A DNA stretch of 64,000 bases from assembly GCA_020160915.1 (NCBI GenBank), contig JAIUPK010000001.1, forward strand, positions 153,645 through 217,644, written 5' to 3'. Source of the DNA: Actinomycetota bacterium. Its GTDB lineage: Bacteria > Actinomycetota > Actinomycetes > Actinomycetales > Microbacteriaceae. This document shows, piece by piece, positions 47,212 through 57,062 of this stretch. Below the pieces are notes generated by a model. That model was not told the origin of the DNA. It saw nothing but the letters and a program-made list of their open reading frames with translations, and searched no databases. Both the position numbers and the translations under genes were made by a program. Position 1 is the first letter of the stretch; each line of letters starts with the position of its first letter.

Positions 47212-48528
47212 ATGTCCGACTGGAAGTTCGAAACCAAGCAGGTCCACTCAGGCGCCAAGCCCGACCCGACCACCAACGCTCGCGCCACCCCGATCTACAA
47301 GACCACCTCGTACGTGTTCAACGACACGGCGCACGCCCAGAACCTCTTCGCGCTGGCGGAGTTCGGCAACATCTACACCCGCCTCATGAACCCGACCACG
47401 GACGTGCTCGAGCAGCGGGTCGCCGCGCTCGAGGGCGGAACCGCGGCGCTCGCCGTGGCATCCGGCTCATCGGCGATCACCTACGCGGTGCTCAACATCG
47501 CCGGCGCCGGCGACCACATCGTGTCGTCGTCGTCGATCTACGGCGGCACCTACAACCTGTTCAAGTACACGCTGGCCAAGCTCGGCATCGAGGTCACCTT
47601 CGTCGAGAACCAGGACGACGAGGCCGAGTGGGCCGCAGCGGTGCGCCCGAACACCAAGCTGTTCTTCGCGGAGACCATCGGCAACCCCAAGATCAACGTC
47701 CTCGACATCGAGCGCGTCGCCGACGTCGCCCACAGCAACAACCTGCCCCTCATCGTCGACAACACGATCGCGACTCCCTACCTGATCCGCCCGTTCGAGT
47801 TCGGCGCCGACATCGTCGTGCACTCGGCCACCAAGTTCCTCGGTGGTCACGGAACTGTCATCGCTGGGGTCATCGTCGACGGCGGCAAGTTCCCGTGGGC
47901 GAAGAACGCCGAGAAGTTCCCCGGTCTCACCGAGCCCGACCCCAGCTACCACGGCGCGAGCTACACCACCGTGCTCGGGGATGCGATCGCCTACGTGATC
48001 AAGATCCGCGTTCAGCTGCTGCGCGACACCGGTGCCGCACTCTCCCCCGACAGCGCCTTCTCGATCATCCAGGGAATCGAGACCCTGAGCCTGCGCATCG
48101 AGCGTCACGTGCAGAACACCCAGGAGATCGCCGAGTGGCTCGAGAACCACCCGGATGTCGCGTCAGTCAACTACTCGGGCCTGCCCTCCAGCCCGTGGTA
48201 CGCCGCCGCCAACAAGTACGCCCCCAAGGGCGTCGGTGCCGTCGTCTCCTTCGAGCTCAAGGGCGGAGTCGACGCGGGTCGCGCCCTCGTCGAGAACGTC
48301 GAGCTGTTCAGCCACCTCGCCAACATCGGCGATGTGCGCAGCCTGATCATCCACCCCGCCTCCACCACCCACTCGCAGCTGAGCCCGGAGCAGCAGCTCA
48401 CGGCCGGCGTCACGCCGGGCCTCGTGCGGCTCTCGGTCGGCATCGAGAACGTGGCAGACCTCAAGGCCGACCTCGAAGCGGGCTTCGCGGCCGCTCGCAC
48501 GATCGCGGCGGCCAACGCAGTCAAGTAA
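47212..48528 (+). CDS. metY: O-acetylhomoserine sulfhydrylase (aminocarboxypropyltransferase)
   Basis: FETKQVH, IYTRLMNPT, HSATKFLGGHG (PLP lysine), HLANIGDVRSLIIHP; RBS AGGAG before ATG 47212. Confidence 0.93.
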   Translation: MSDWKFETKQVHSGAKPDPTTNARATPIYKTTSYVFNDTAHAQNLFALAEFGNIYTRLMNPTTDVLEQRVAALEGGTAALAVASGSSAITYAVLNIAGAGDHIVSSSSIYGGTYNLFKYTLAKLGIEVTFVENQDDEAEWAAAVRPNTKLFFAETIGNPKINVLDIERVADVAHSNNLPLIVDNTIATPYLIRPFEFGADIVVHSATKFLGGHGTVIAGVIVDGGKFPWAKNAEKFPGLTEPDPSYHGASYTTVLGDAIAYVIKIRVQLLRDTGAALSPDSAFSIIQGIETLSLRIERHVQNTQEIAEWLENHPDVASVNYSGLPSSPWYAAANKYAPKGVGAVVSFELKGGVDAGRALVENVELFSHLANIGDVRSLIIHPASTTHSQLSPEQQLTAGVTPGLVRLSVGIENVADLKADLEAGFAAARTIAAANAVK

Positions 48529-48533
48529 CGTGC

Positions 48534-48578
48534 GGTGATCGAGCGAAGTCGAGATCGGTCTCGACAAGCTCGGCCACC
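48534..48578. repeat. Two inverted REP-like units between metY and metX
   Basis: GGTGATCGAGCGAAGTCGAGATC followed by GGTCTCGACAAGCTCGGCCACC. Confidence 0.7.
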
Positions 48579-48614
48579 GAAGCGCCCCCGCTGTAACAAA
48601 GGCGGGGGCGCTTC
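48579..48614. terminator. 13-bp stem hairpin
   Basis: GAAGCGCCCCCGC-N10-GCGGGGGCGCTTC. Confidence 0.7.
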
Positions 48615-48640
48615 GCCGTTTCCGGGATACTTGACTCGAC

Positions 48641-49846
48641 ATGGACTGGCAGACTCCCGAGGACACCGTTCCCTCGGCCTTCACGACCGAGGCGAACGCG
48701 CGCTCAGTGCTCGGCAAGCCTCCTGCCACCGGCGCGTGGCGCGAAGGTGACCCGGTCGGGCAGCGACAGTTCGCCTCCATCGGGCCGATGACACTGGAAC
48801 GCGGCGGCGAGCTGCCGTCGGTCCGGGTGGCCTACGAGACCTACGGAACGCTCAACGCCGACAAGTCGAACGCCGTGCTGGTCGTGCACGCGCTCACGGG
48901 CGACAGCCACGTCGTCGGTGACCCGGGCCCCGGGCATCCCACCGGCGGCTGGTGGGGCGGGATCGTCGGACCTGGCCTTGCCGTCGACACCGACCGGTGG
49001 TTCGTCGTCGCACCCAACATGCTGGGTGGATGTCAGGGCACGACGGGACCCGCATCGCACGCTCCCGACGGCCGCGAGTGGGGTGCGCGCTTCCCCTTCG
49101 TGACCATTCGGGATCAGGTCGACGCGCAGGTCGCCCTCACCGACGCCCTCGGCATCTCCCGCTGGGCGGCCGTCATCGGCGGATCCATGGGCGGCATGCA
49201 GTCGCTCGAGTGGGCCGTCGGCTACCCCGATCGACTTGAGCGAGTCGCTGTGCTTGCGGCTCCCGCGCAGTCCAACGCCGACCAGATTGCGCTCAACTCG
49301 GTGCAACTGCAGGCGATCCGTATGGACTCCGCCTTCGCCGACGGCGACTACTACGATGCCGCGGACGGCGACGGCCCGCATCAGGGGCTCGCCCTGGCCC
49401 GCCGGATGGCGCTACTCAACTACCGCTCCCCCACCGAGCTCAACGATCGCTTCGCCCGCAGTTGGCAGAGCGGCCTGAGCCCGCTCGGTGGGGGTGGGCG
49501 CTACGCCGTGGAGAGCTACCTCGACTACCACGGCAACAAGTTCACCCGGCGCTTCGACGCCAACAGCTACCTCACCCTGGTGGAGGCGATGAGTTCACAC
49601 GACATCGGCCGAGGCCGCGGCGGCACGGCTCAGGCCCTCGCCCGGGTGACGGCACGGGCGCTCGTGCTCGGCATCGACTCTGATCGGCTCTTCCCGGTGC
49701 CCGACCAGGTGCAGATCGCGGCTCATCTCGGTACGGCAATCGATGGCACGAGGCCGCACGTGATCAGTTCACCGTTCGGCCACGACGGCTTCCTCATCGA
49801 GGATGCTATCGTCGGCGCACAACTGCGACGGCTGCTGGAGGACTGA
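48641..49846 (+). CDS. metX: Homoserine O-acetyltransferase
   Basis: HALTGD, LGGCQGTTGP, GGSMGG nucleophile, FDANSY, IDSD.LF, GHDGFL. Confidence 0.95.
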   Translation: MDWQTPEDTVPSAFTTEANARSVLGKPPATGAWREGDPVGQRQFASIGPMTLERGGELPSVRVAYETYGTLNADKSNAVLVVHALTGDSHVVGDPGPGHPTGGWWGGIVGPGLAVDTDRWFVVAPNMLGGCQGTTGPASHAPDGREWGARFPFVTIRDQVDAQVALTDALGISRWAAVIGGSMGGMQSLEWAVGYPDRLERVAVLAAPAQSNADQIALNSVQLQAIRMDSAFADGDYYDAADGDGPHQGLALARRMALLNYRSPTELNDRFARSWQSGLSPLGGGGRYAVESYLDYHGNKFTRRFDANSYLTLVEAMSSHDIGRGRGGTAQALARVTARALVLGIDSDRLFPVPDQVQIAAHLGTAIDGTRPHVISSPFGHDGFLIEDAIVGAQLRRLLED

Positions 49847-49847
49847 T

Positions 49848-50699
49848 ATGCAACGCGTCTGGGCGGGCATCTCTGCGGCGCTGCTCGCTGCCGTCGTCCT
49901 GAGCGGATGCGGCCCCGCCCCCGCCGCGCTACCCGAGGGAGTCACGGTATCGGTCTTCCAGTCACGATTCGACCGGGGACTCCACCAGATCGAGATCAAG
50001 GTCAGCAATGACACGCATGCCGCGATCACCGTCACCTCGGCAGCTCTCGACTCGACGCGCTTCGCCGAACCCGCCGTCTGGGATCGGCCGCAGCGCGTGC
50101 CGTCCGGAGCCGCCCGTGACCTGCGGGTGCAACTCGGGGAACCGGCATGCGGCACCGAGCCGGCGCGCGACGAGGTGCAACTCGAGTTCGTGCTCGACGA
50201 CGGATCCTCGGGATCGGCGCGACTACCACTCGCCGATGTCACACCGATCGATTCGGTCAATGACGAGGATTGCCTCGGGGTCGAGGTCTCGGCGATCGCG
50301 ACGCTCACGGCCGGCGACACAGTGCAATGGATTCCGGGAGCTCACGAGCCAGCGGTGCTCGACATCACGGCCACTCCGACCGGAGCCGACGGCACCGTCA
50401 CCATCGTCGAGTCGAAGGCGACAGTGCTCCTCGGGCTTGTCGACGAGGCTGGCAACGCCGTGTACGAGCATGCGGAGCAGATCGTCGTTGACGCGGGCTC
50501 CGGGCCGGGCGTCGTGCAGCTGCGGCTCGTGCCGGCGCGGTGCGATCCGCACGCGGTGGCCGAGGACAAGCGCGGAACGTTCTTCCCGCTCGAGGTGCAG
50601 ACCAGCACGGGCCGTTCGGGGCAGCTGTATGTTCCCGTCAGCGACGCGGTGCGAGCGAGTCTCTACGACTTCTTCGGCGACTACTGCGGACTTCCGTGA
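49848..50699 (+). CDS. Hypothetical lipoprotein
   Basis: Lipobox LSGC; several Cys; 1 bp after metX. Confidence 0.75.
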   Translation: MQRVWAGISAALLAAVVLSGCGPAPAALPEGVTVSVFQSRFDRGLHQIEIKVSNDTHAAITVTSAALDSTRFAEPAVWDRPQRVPSGAARDLRVQLGEPACGTEPARDEVQLEFVLDDGSSGSARLPLADVTPIDSVNDEDCLGVEVSAIATLTAGDTVQWIPGAHEPAVLDITATPTGADGTVTIVESKATVLLGLVDEAGNAVYEHAEQIVVDAGSGPGVVQLRLVPARCDPHAVAEDKRGTFFPLEVQTSTGRSGQLYVPVSDAVRASLYDFFGDYCGLP

Positions 50700-50719
50700 T
50701 CGCTCGACAGCTCCGTTAA

Positions 50720-50891
50720 GTGCGGGTGGGGCCGCAGTTGGTGCTGCGGCCCCTGGCAACCCCCCGGTTTGGTGGAGCTGTGTGCTCCACCCGGCGCGTG
50801 CATTCGGGTTGTACGTGCTCGGAACCATCGCTCTGGGCACGAGCGGGTGGTTCCCGTTATGTGACTGCGAGTCGCCTCGCATGCCCCTCTG
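50720..50891 (-). ncRNA. Candidate structured sRNA (four hairpins) divergent from the two-component locus
   Basis: Stems at 50728-50753, 50771-50791, 50821-50854 and 50866-50881; TACAGT -10-like hexamer on the minus strand at 50898-50903. Not matched to any family I recognise. Confidence 0.35.
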
Positions 50892-50977
50892 ACTATGACT
50901 GTACCCCGCAGAATTCCGCCGCGCGGTGCGGTGAGCCACCCCCAATTGTGGGGCACGGTGTGGAAACATGACTTCAC

Positions 50978-52141
50978 ATGGATCTCATCGCCAAGGAGCG
51001 GGACCGGCTGCTCCAGCGCACCGCGCGCGTCTACGGCCTGAGCTTCACCCTTGTCTCCCTCATCTGTCTGAGCATCCCCGGCTCCGTCAACGCGGTCGCC
51101 TACTTCATCGCCCTCCCCCTGTACGCGATCGTGGCCGTCAGCCAATTCCGCCTGGGCGTGAGCCGGTCGCTGCTGTGGATCGGTCCGGGGATCCTCGCGG
51201 GCATCGCCGCGATCGTCGTGATAGCCATGGTCACGCCCGGCGGCCCCGGTGCCGCGGGGGTGTCGGCCGCGATGCAGCTGGCGGCGGCATCCCTCGCCTC
51301 GTTCGCCATCGTGCTCACCACAGACACCGTCAGACGGATGCTGCTGGCCGGGGCGTTCCTCGTGGTCGGGTCTCTCACGGCTCTGCTGCTCGAACCCGTG
51401 CACACCCCGCTTCGATCGGTGCCGCTGCTCGTGCTGGGGTGGACCCTCGCGACGATCATCGGATTCTGGATCAGCGCCGGCGTGCCCCAGGCAGCCCGGC
51501 GAATCGCCAGCATCGGACGCGCCCACCGCGCCGAGCGCCAGGCGAGTGAGACCGAGGCGCAGCGGCGCCAGGGTGCCCGACTCCTGCACGACACGGTGCT
51601 GGCCACGCTCACCCTTCTGGCGCATTCCGGCGTCGGGGTCGCGCCCGAGTCTCTGCGCCAGCAGGCCGCCGACGATGCACGCCTGCTGCGGCAGCTTCGG
51701 CTGGGCGCGACACCGACGCCGCAGTCATCCGGTGTCTACAACCTCGAGGGCGTCGAGGACACGGTGCTCGGCACCACGCTCGAGTCGGTGAAGCAGCGCT
51801 TCGGCCGCATGGGACTTGAGGTGAGCTGGCACGGCACGGGCCAGGTGCTGCTGCCCAGCGACGTGCTCGACGCGTTCCTGCTTGCGCTCGCCGAGTGCCT
51901 GGAGAACGTGCGGCGTCACTCCGGCGTCACCGAGGCGCACGTGACCATCACCGACGACGAGACGACGGTTCGCGCGATGATTACCGACTCCGGGGTGGGC
52001 TTCACGCTCGATGACGTCGACTCGGCCCGGCTGGGCTTCAAGGAGTCAGTGGTCGGACGCCTCAAGGAGGTCGGCGGGCGTGCTCGCCTGTTCTCCGCGC
52101 CCGGCTCGGGAACGACCGTCGTTCTGGAGGTGCCCCGATGA
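50978..52141 (+). CDS. Membrane sensor histidine kinase (HisKA_3-like / HATPase_c)
   Basis: 5-6 TM; H-box ARLLHDT; N-box ECLENVRRH; DSGVGF; APGSGTTVVL. Confidence 0.88.
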   Translation: MDLIAKERDRLLQRTARVYGLSFTLVSLICLSIPGSVNAVAYFIALPLYAIVAVSQFRLGVSRSLLWIGPGILAGIAAIVVIAMVTPGGPGAAGVSAAMQLAAASLASFAIVLTTDTVRRMLLAGAFLVVGSLTALLLEPVHTPLRSVPLLVLGWTLATIIGFWISAGVPQAARRIASIGRAHRAERQASETEAQRRQGARLLHDTVLATLTLLAHSGVGVAPESLRQQAADDARLLRQLRLGATPTPQSSGVYNLEGVEDTVLGTTLESVKQRFGRMGLEVSWHGTGQVLLPSDVLDAFLLALAECLENVRRHSGVTEAHVTITDDETTVRAMITDSGVGFTLDDVDSARLGFKESVVGRLKEVGGRARLFSAPGSGTTVVLEVPR

Positions 52142-53388
52142 CGAGCCTCCCCGAGGAGAACACCCTCGGCGCCATCGTCGGCGCCAAGTCACAGCGACGT
52201 GAGGCGGACGCCACCCGCCGGGTCATCCGCGCGGCAACCCCGCGCCGCTCGAGCCTCGGAACCGGGTTCATCGGCATCGGGGCGGCCGTGGTCGTCGCCC
52301 TCCGAGCCATCTACGGCTTCGTGTGGTTCGTCAGCCTGTGGCCGACCTACCCCGACCCGATGCCGGCACTTCTGGCGTGGGTCATCCTGATCGCGACCCT
52401 CGTCGCGACGTTCATCACCGCGCGCGTCATCGGCGACCAACTGCCGGACTGGGCGTTCGCGGTGTTCCTTGCGGGCCTCGCCGCTGCGGTCGCACTAGAC
52501 CTCGTCGCGATCTGGCCGCTTCACGACATCGGCCGCAACGCCACAGCAGCGCTGACGGCCGGGATGGCTCTGCTCGTCGTGATCACCCTGCGACGCACCC
52601 GCGACATCCTGATCGCGGTATCGGTGCTGGGCGTCGGCCTCGCTGTCGCCATGGTGCTGAACACTCGCCCCGATCCGGATGACATCGCGCCCCAGATCAC
52701 GGCCCTCGGGTTCGCTGTGCTGCCCGCGGTCATCGGAGTGGTCGTCGTCAACGGCTTCCGTCGTCTGGTGCAGGTCGAACTCGACCGGGTGCTCGTGCAG
52801 AGCACGGTCTCGGCACCCCGATTCGCGGTGGGCATGATGGCGTCGGAGGAACTGGCTCGTCTCGACCTCGCCGCCGAGGAGCTGCTCGAGTCGGTCGCGA
52901 CCGGCAAGACGAAACTGCCGCTGGATCCGAAGACGGCGTCGGTCGCGGCATCCCTCGCCACCGAGCTGCGGCTGCATCTCATCGAAGGGCGCCGGGAGAC
53001 CTGGCTGTACCACGCCGTCACCGAGTCCGACCTGCTCGGCAAGGCGGTGACGCTCATCGACAAGGGAAGCCTCGCGGGGCTCCTCGACCCCCAGCAGCGC
53101 GACGGCCTGCTTTCGACGGCCTGGCTCCTGGTCAGCGATACCGCCAAGCGCACCTCCGATCGCACTGTGCAGCTGCAGATCGGCCCGGTCTCCTCCCCCG
53201 CCCAGGAGGGCACGGGCCACAAGATTCTCGTGCCCATCGTGATCACGACGACGGGCGTGGCACGAAATCGTGTCGACCCGGCGACGTGGGAGGCCATCGG
53301 TCGAGTCGGGCAGTACAGTGACTCAACTCAGAACTCGAGCCTTCGGGTCGACATCTCCTGCCTCGTCGACAACCCGGCAGACCAGTAA
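52138..53388 (+). CDS. Multi-TM membrane protein, possible degenerate kinase partner
   Basis: About 6 TM plus a cytoplasmic domain; ATGA-coupled to the kinase; no H-box or G-box seen. Confidence 0.7.
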   Translation: MTSLPEENTLGAIVGAKSQRREADATRRVIRAATPRRSSLGTGFIGIGAAVVVALRAIYGFVWFVSLWPTYPDPMPALLAWVILIATLVATFITARVIGDQLPDWAFAVFLAGLAAAVALDLVAIWPLHDIGRNATAALTAGMALLVVITLRRTRDILIAVSVLGVGLAVAMVLNTRPDPDDIAPQITALGFAVLPAVIGVVVVNGFRRLVQVELDRVLVQSTVSAPRFAVGMMASEELARLDLAAEELLESVATGKTKLPLDPKTASVAASLATELRLHLIEGRRETWLYHAVTESDLLGKAVTLIDKGSLAGLLDPQQRDGLLSTAWLLVSDTAKRTSDRTVQLQIGPVSSPAQEGTGHKILVPIVITTTGVARNRVDPATWEAIGRVGQYSDSTQNSSLRVDISCLVDNPADQ

Positions 53389-53432
53389 CACCACCGCAGC
53401 ACCAGCACCATCAGAGAACCAAGGGGAACCCA

Positions 53433-54101
53433 GTGACCGAAATGAACCGCATCAGGCTCGCCATCGTCGACGACCACAGGATGTTGCTCGGTGCGCTGAC
53501 GGAGTGGATCAGGAACGCGGCATCCGATATCGACATGGTCGCCGCCGTTCCCACGTGGCCCGAACTGACGATCCACCCGGAGTTCCCCGTTGACGTGGTG
53601 CTGCTCGACGTCGACCTCAAGGACAACATCCCCATCTCGCTCAAGATCAACACGCTCAAGACGATGGGTGTGAAGGTCGTGCTGATGAGCACCTATTCGG
53701 AGCCGAACCTGGTGCGCGAGGCCCTGGCCGCGGGTGCCCTCGGCTACCTGGTCAAGAGCGAGGATGCCGGCATGATCGTCGAGGCGATCCGCGCGGCGTC
53801 GAAGGGCGAACCCTTCGTCTCCGCCGAACTGGACCTGGCCCTCAACGCCGGCGAGATCGGCGGAGCCCCGAAGCTCAGCGCGCAGGAGCGCAGGGTGATG
53901 GCGCTCTACGGCGGCGGCGAGCCCGTGAAGGCGGTGGCATTCCAGCTGTCGATCTCCGAGGAGACGGCGAAGAGCTACCTCAAGCGCATTCGGGAGAAGT
54001 ACCGCGTCGCCGGCTTCGACGTCGGTACGAAGGTTGCGCTACGCAAGCGTGCGATCGAGGACGGGATCCTCGTCGAGTCCGACCTGCCGCGCGGCTTCTG
54101 A
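53433..54101 (+). CDS. NarL/LuxR family response regulator
   Basis: IVDDH, VLLDVDL, VLMST, GYLVK; C-terminal LSAQERRV...ISEETAKSYL HTH. Confidence 0.92.
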   Translation: MTEMNRIRLAIVDDHRMLLGALTEWIRNAASDIDMVAAVPTWPELTIHPEFPVDVVLLDVDLKDNIPISLKINTLKTMGVKVVLMSTYSEPNLVREALAAGALGYLVKSEDAGMIVEAIRAASKGEPFVSAELDLALNAGEIGGAPKLSAQERRVMALYGGGEPVKAVAFQLSISEETAKSYLKRIREKYRVAGFDVGTKVALRKRAIEDGILVESDLPRGF

Positions 54102-55298
54102 CCGGTCGCTGCGGCGCTGCAGCACGAGCGCAACGAGGGCCAGGGCCACGCCCGGCACGCACAACAGGAGACCGACCCAGGTCGGCGACAGGTAGCCGAG
54201 GCCTGCGGCGATGGTGAGCCCGCCGAGGTAGGCGCCGAGGCTGTTGCCGATGTTGAGGGACGAGTGGTTGATCGCCGCAGCCAACGATTGGCCGTCGCCC
54301 GCGACATCCATGAGCCTGGTCTGGATCGCCGGCGACAGCGCCGATGCGGCGGCGCCCACGAGGAACAGGAAGACGAACAGTCCCACTGGGTTCTGAGCCG
54401 TCAGGGCCAGGCCCGTGAGTGACACGGCGAAGACCCCGAAGCAGATGAACAGGGTGGCCATGACGTTGTGGTCGGCGGCTCGACCTCCGACAAAGTTGCC
54501 GATGGTCATTCCGATGCCCGCAGCGACGAGCGCCCACGGCACGACAGCGGGTGAGAGCTGGGTCACGGTCGTGACGACCGGCGAGACATAGGTGTACACG
54601 GCGAAGAACCCGCCGAAGCCGACCGCGCCGATGAGCAGGGCGAGCCACACCTGCACGCGACCAAAGATCTTCAGCTCCCGGCGGATCGTCGCCGCCGGGT
54701 CGCCCGGCTGCAGCGGCACGACGAGCGCGATCGCTGCGAAGGTGAGCAGGAACACGGCGGCCACGGCCAGGTAGGCGACCCGCCATCCCGCGACCTGGCC
54801 GAGCCAGGTCACCGTGGGCACGCCGATGACGTTGGCGATGGTGAGCCCCGAGAGCACGAGAGCCACGCCCCGCCCGCGCTTGCCCGGCCCCATGAGCGAC
54901 GCGGCCACCAGCGCCGCGATACCGAAGTAGGCACCGTGCGGCAGTGCTGCCACGAAGCGAGCAACAAGCACGAGACCGAAGGTCGGCAGCAGGGCGGAGG
55001 CGACGGTGCCGAACACGAAGACGGCAACGCACGCGAGCAGCAGCTGCTTGCGAGGGAAGCGCGCCGCAGCAGCGGCAATGGTCGGCGCGCCCACGACCAC
55101 GCCGAGCGCGTAGGCGGAGACGATCCATCCCGCCTGAGAATTCGCCTGCTCGTGTGACTGTGCCCACACCCCGGGGAGAAGATCGGCGGCGAGGTTGGGC
55201 AGCAGGCCCATGGCCACGAACTCTGTGAGCCCGATTCCGAAGCCGCCGAGCGCGAGCGCAAGCAGAGCGAGGCGAATACGGGCAGGAGAGTGAGTCAT
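54039..55298 (-). CDS. DHA1 MFS transporter (AraJ/Cmx-like)
   Basis: GFGIGLTEFVAMGLLP, RFVAALPHGAYFG, GLTIANVIGVP. Start placed at ATG 55298. Confidence 0.9.
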   Translation of the reverse strand: MTHSPARIRLALLALALGGFGIGLTEFVAMGLLPNLAADLLPGVWAQSHEQANSQAGWIVSAYALGVVVGAPTIAAAAARFPRKQLLLACVAVFVFGTVASALLPTFGLVLVARFVAALPHGAYFGIAALVAASLMGPGKRGRGVALVLSGLTIANVIGVPTVTWLGQVAGWRVAYLAVAAVFLLTFAAIALVVPLQPGDPAATIRRELKIFGRVQVWLALLIGAVGFGGFFAVYTYVSPVVTTVTQLSPAVVPWALVAAGIGMTIGNFVGGRAADHNVMATLFICFGVFAVSLTGLALTAQNPVGLFVFLFLVGAAASALSPAIQTRLMDVAGDGQSLAAAINHSSLNIGNSLGAYLGGLTIAAGLGYLSPTWVGLLLCVPGVALALVALVLQRRSDRSEAARQVGLDEDPVLDRTLA

Positions 55299-55373
55299 TT
55301 CAACCGATCGACGCAGAAGACGGGAGCGCTCACCGTCGAGACCCGTCAAGTCTAGGGTCCGGCCGAGTTCCGA

Positions 55374-55688
55374 TCAGTCGAGCGCAGCCTCGCGGATCGC
55401 ACCCTCCAGGCGCTCGACCTTGCCGGTGAGTTCGCCGGTGTGACCGGGGCGGATGTCCGCCTTGAGCACGAGAGACACCCGCGTTCCAAACCGTCCCACC
55501 TCGTCGGTTGCCCGTTTGATCACGGCGAAGACCTCGTCCCACTCCCCCTCGATCGTCGTGAACATCGAGTCGGTGTGATTGGGCAACCCCGACTCGCGCA
55601 CGATGCGCACGGCGGCTGCGACCGCGTCGTGCACTGAGTCGGAGCCGTCTCCACCACCGCTGGGTGCTACCGAGAATGCGACGAGCAT
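55374..55688 (-). CDS. MTH1187 / thiamine-binding protein family
   Basis: AFSVAP...SMFTTIEGEWDEV...LKADIRPG. Confidence 0.87.
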   Translation of the reverse strand: MLVAFSVAPSGGGDGSDSVHDAVAAAVRIVRESGLPNHTDSMFTTIEGEWDEVFAVIKRATDEVGRFGTRVSLVLKADIRPGHTGELTGKVERLEGAIREAALD

Positions 55689-55691
55689 GGG

Positions 55692-57062
55692 CTACTCCTT
55701 CAGTGCGGCGGGCATGGCCACTGACGATTCATCCTCGCCCCGCACGTCGCGGTCGAGGGGCCAGACCGAGTCGAGCCAGTCGTCATGAGTACCGTCAGCG
55801 TCGACGTCGAGCAGCGGCAGGCGCGGTGCCGTCGCAATCGACCAGATCGCCCACCCCAGCAGCACGAACAGCATGGCGTTGCGACCGGTCAGCACGATCA
55901 GCATCGGCACCTGCACCTGCAGCAGGGCGGTGTAGAGGTACGGGTAGATGAACTGCGTGAGCCCGGCGATCACGAGCACCATGATCGCCGGAGTCCGGAA
56001 CGAACGACCGTGCCCGGCCGCCCGAGTGGCCAGCCCGAGCACCACGGGAACAGCCAACCAGCTCACGAACTGGGGCGAGCCGACCTTGTTGAAGGCGATC
56101 AGCGCCGTCACGAGGGCAAGGCTCAGTGAGGGCAGCAGGTCACCCGCGGCCACGCCGGCACGGGTGGCCCGCACCCCCAGCAGCGCGATGACGATGATCG
56201 CGAGCCCCAGCAGCGGTGTCATGAGAGCGGATGCCACGTCGACACCGTCTCCGTTGATCTGGAAGGTGAGAATCTGCTGGTCGTAGTACACGAACGCACC
56301 CGGCACCCCGGCGGCGGCCTGCCAGAGCCAGAACGTGCTCACCGGCGCCTCGATCTGCAGACCGCGTCCGGTCTGCTGGGTGACGAAGCTCAGAAGGTTC
56401 GCACCGCTGCCGAGCGTGAGTGCCACGATCATGATGAGCGCGGAGGCGAGCAGTGCGGTGGCTACGATCCGCAGCCGTCCCCGCAGCGCGATGACCGCCG
56501 CTGCGATCAGTGCCGCTGGCCACACCTTGATCCACGTAGCGACGGTGAGCACCACTGTTGCGACAACCGGCGAGCGCGCTATCAGCAGAACGCCGATGAT
56601 GGCGAGGGGAACTGTCACGGAGTCGATGCGTCCGAGGGCGATGGGTCCGAGCAGGAAGAGGAAGGCGACCCACCACCAGGCGACGGCGACTCGCTCACGC
56701 GAGCGACCCCATCCGGTGAGAAAGCCGAAGGCGACGGCGTTGAGCACCATGATCATCGACAGCCACGTGGCCGCGTACTGCTCGGGCCCGAACGCGTAGG
56801 CAGCGAGCATCGGCACGAGCGCCACGATCGGGTACACCCAGACGGTGTCAATGCCCACCCAGTACTGGGCGATGAGCGCCTGATCCATCCAGAACTTGTA
56901 GACGATCGTCACATCGCCCAGCGGCAGACCGGGTGCCCACAGGTTGAGCAGTCCGAGCCAGAGGTGCACCAGAACGAAGGCCGCCCAGACCGCCATCGAA
57001 CTCGACGCCACAGTGCGGGCGACGGATGCGACGCGCGACAGCACGGGCGCGATCGCGGTCAT
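55692..57062 (-). CDS. GT87-family (DUF2029) glycosyltransferase, probable mannosyltransferase
   Basis: WVYP, GRIDS, WIKVWP, GRGLQIEA, FNKVGSPQF; multi-TM. Confidence 0.82.
   Translation of the reverse strand: MTAIAPVLSRVASVARTVASSSMAVWAAFVLVHLWLGLLNLWAPGLPLGDVTIVYKFWMDQALIAQYWVGIDTVWVYPIVALVPMLAAYAFGPEQYAATWLSMIMVLNAVAFGFLTGWGRSRERVAVAWWWVAFLFLLGPIALGRIDSVTVPLAIIGVLLIARSPVVATVVLTVATWIKVWPAALIAAAVIALRGRLRIVATALLASALIMIVALTLGSGANLLSFVTQQTGRGLQIEAPVSTFWLWQAAAGVPGAFVYYDQQILTFQINGDGVDVASALMTPLLGLAIIVIALLGVRATRAGVAAGDLLPSLSLALVTALIAFNKVGSPQFVSWLAVPVVLGLATRAAGHGRSFRTPAIMVLVIAGLTQFIYPYLYTALLQVQVPMLIVLTGRNAMLFVLLGWAIWSIATAPRLPLLDVDADGTHDDWLDSVWPLDRDVRGEDESSVAMPAALKE

Noticed and set aside
50728-50791. 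6C RNA or ydaO riboswitch
   Set aside because: Only one C6 tract, not in paired loops, and no ydaO core motifs seen.
50223-50969. 248-aa minus-strand ORF
   Set aside because: It overlaps the lipoprotein gene antisense by 477 bp and has no recognisable domain; only its 5' intergenic part is kept as an alternative hypothesis.
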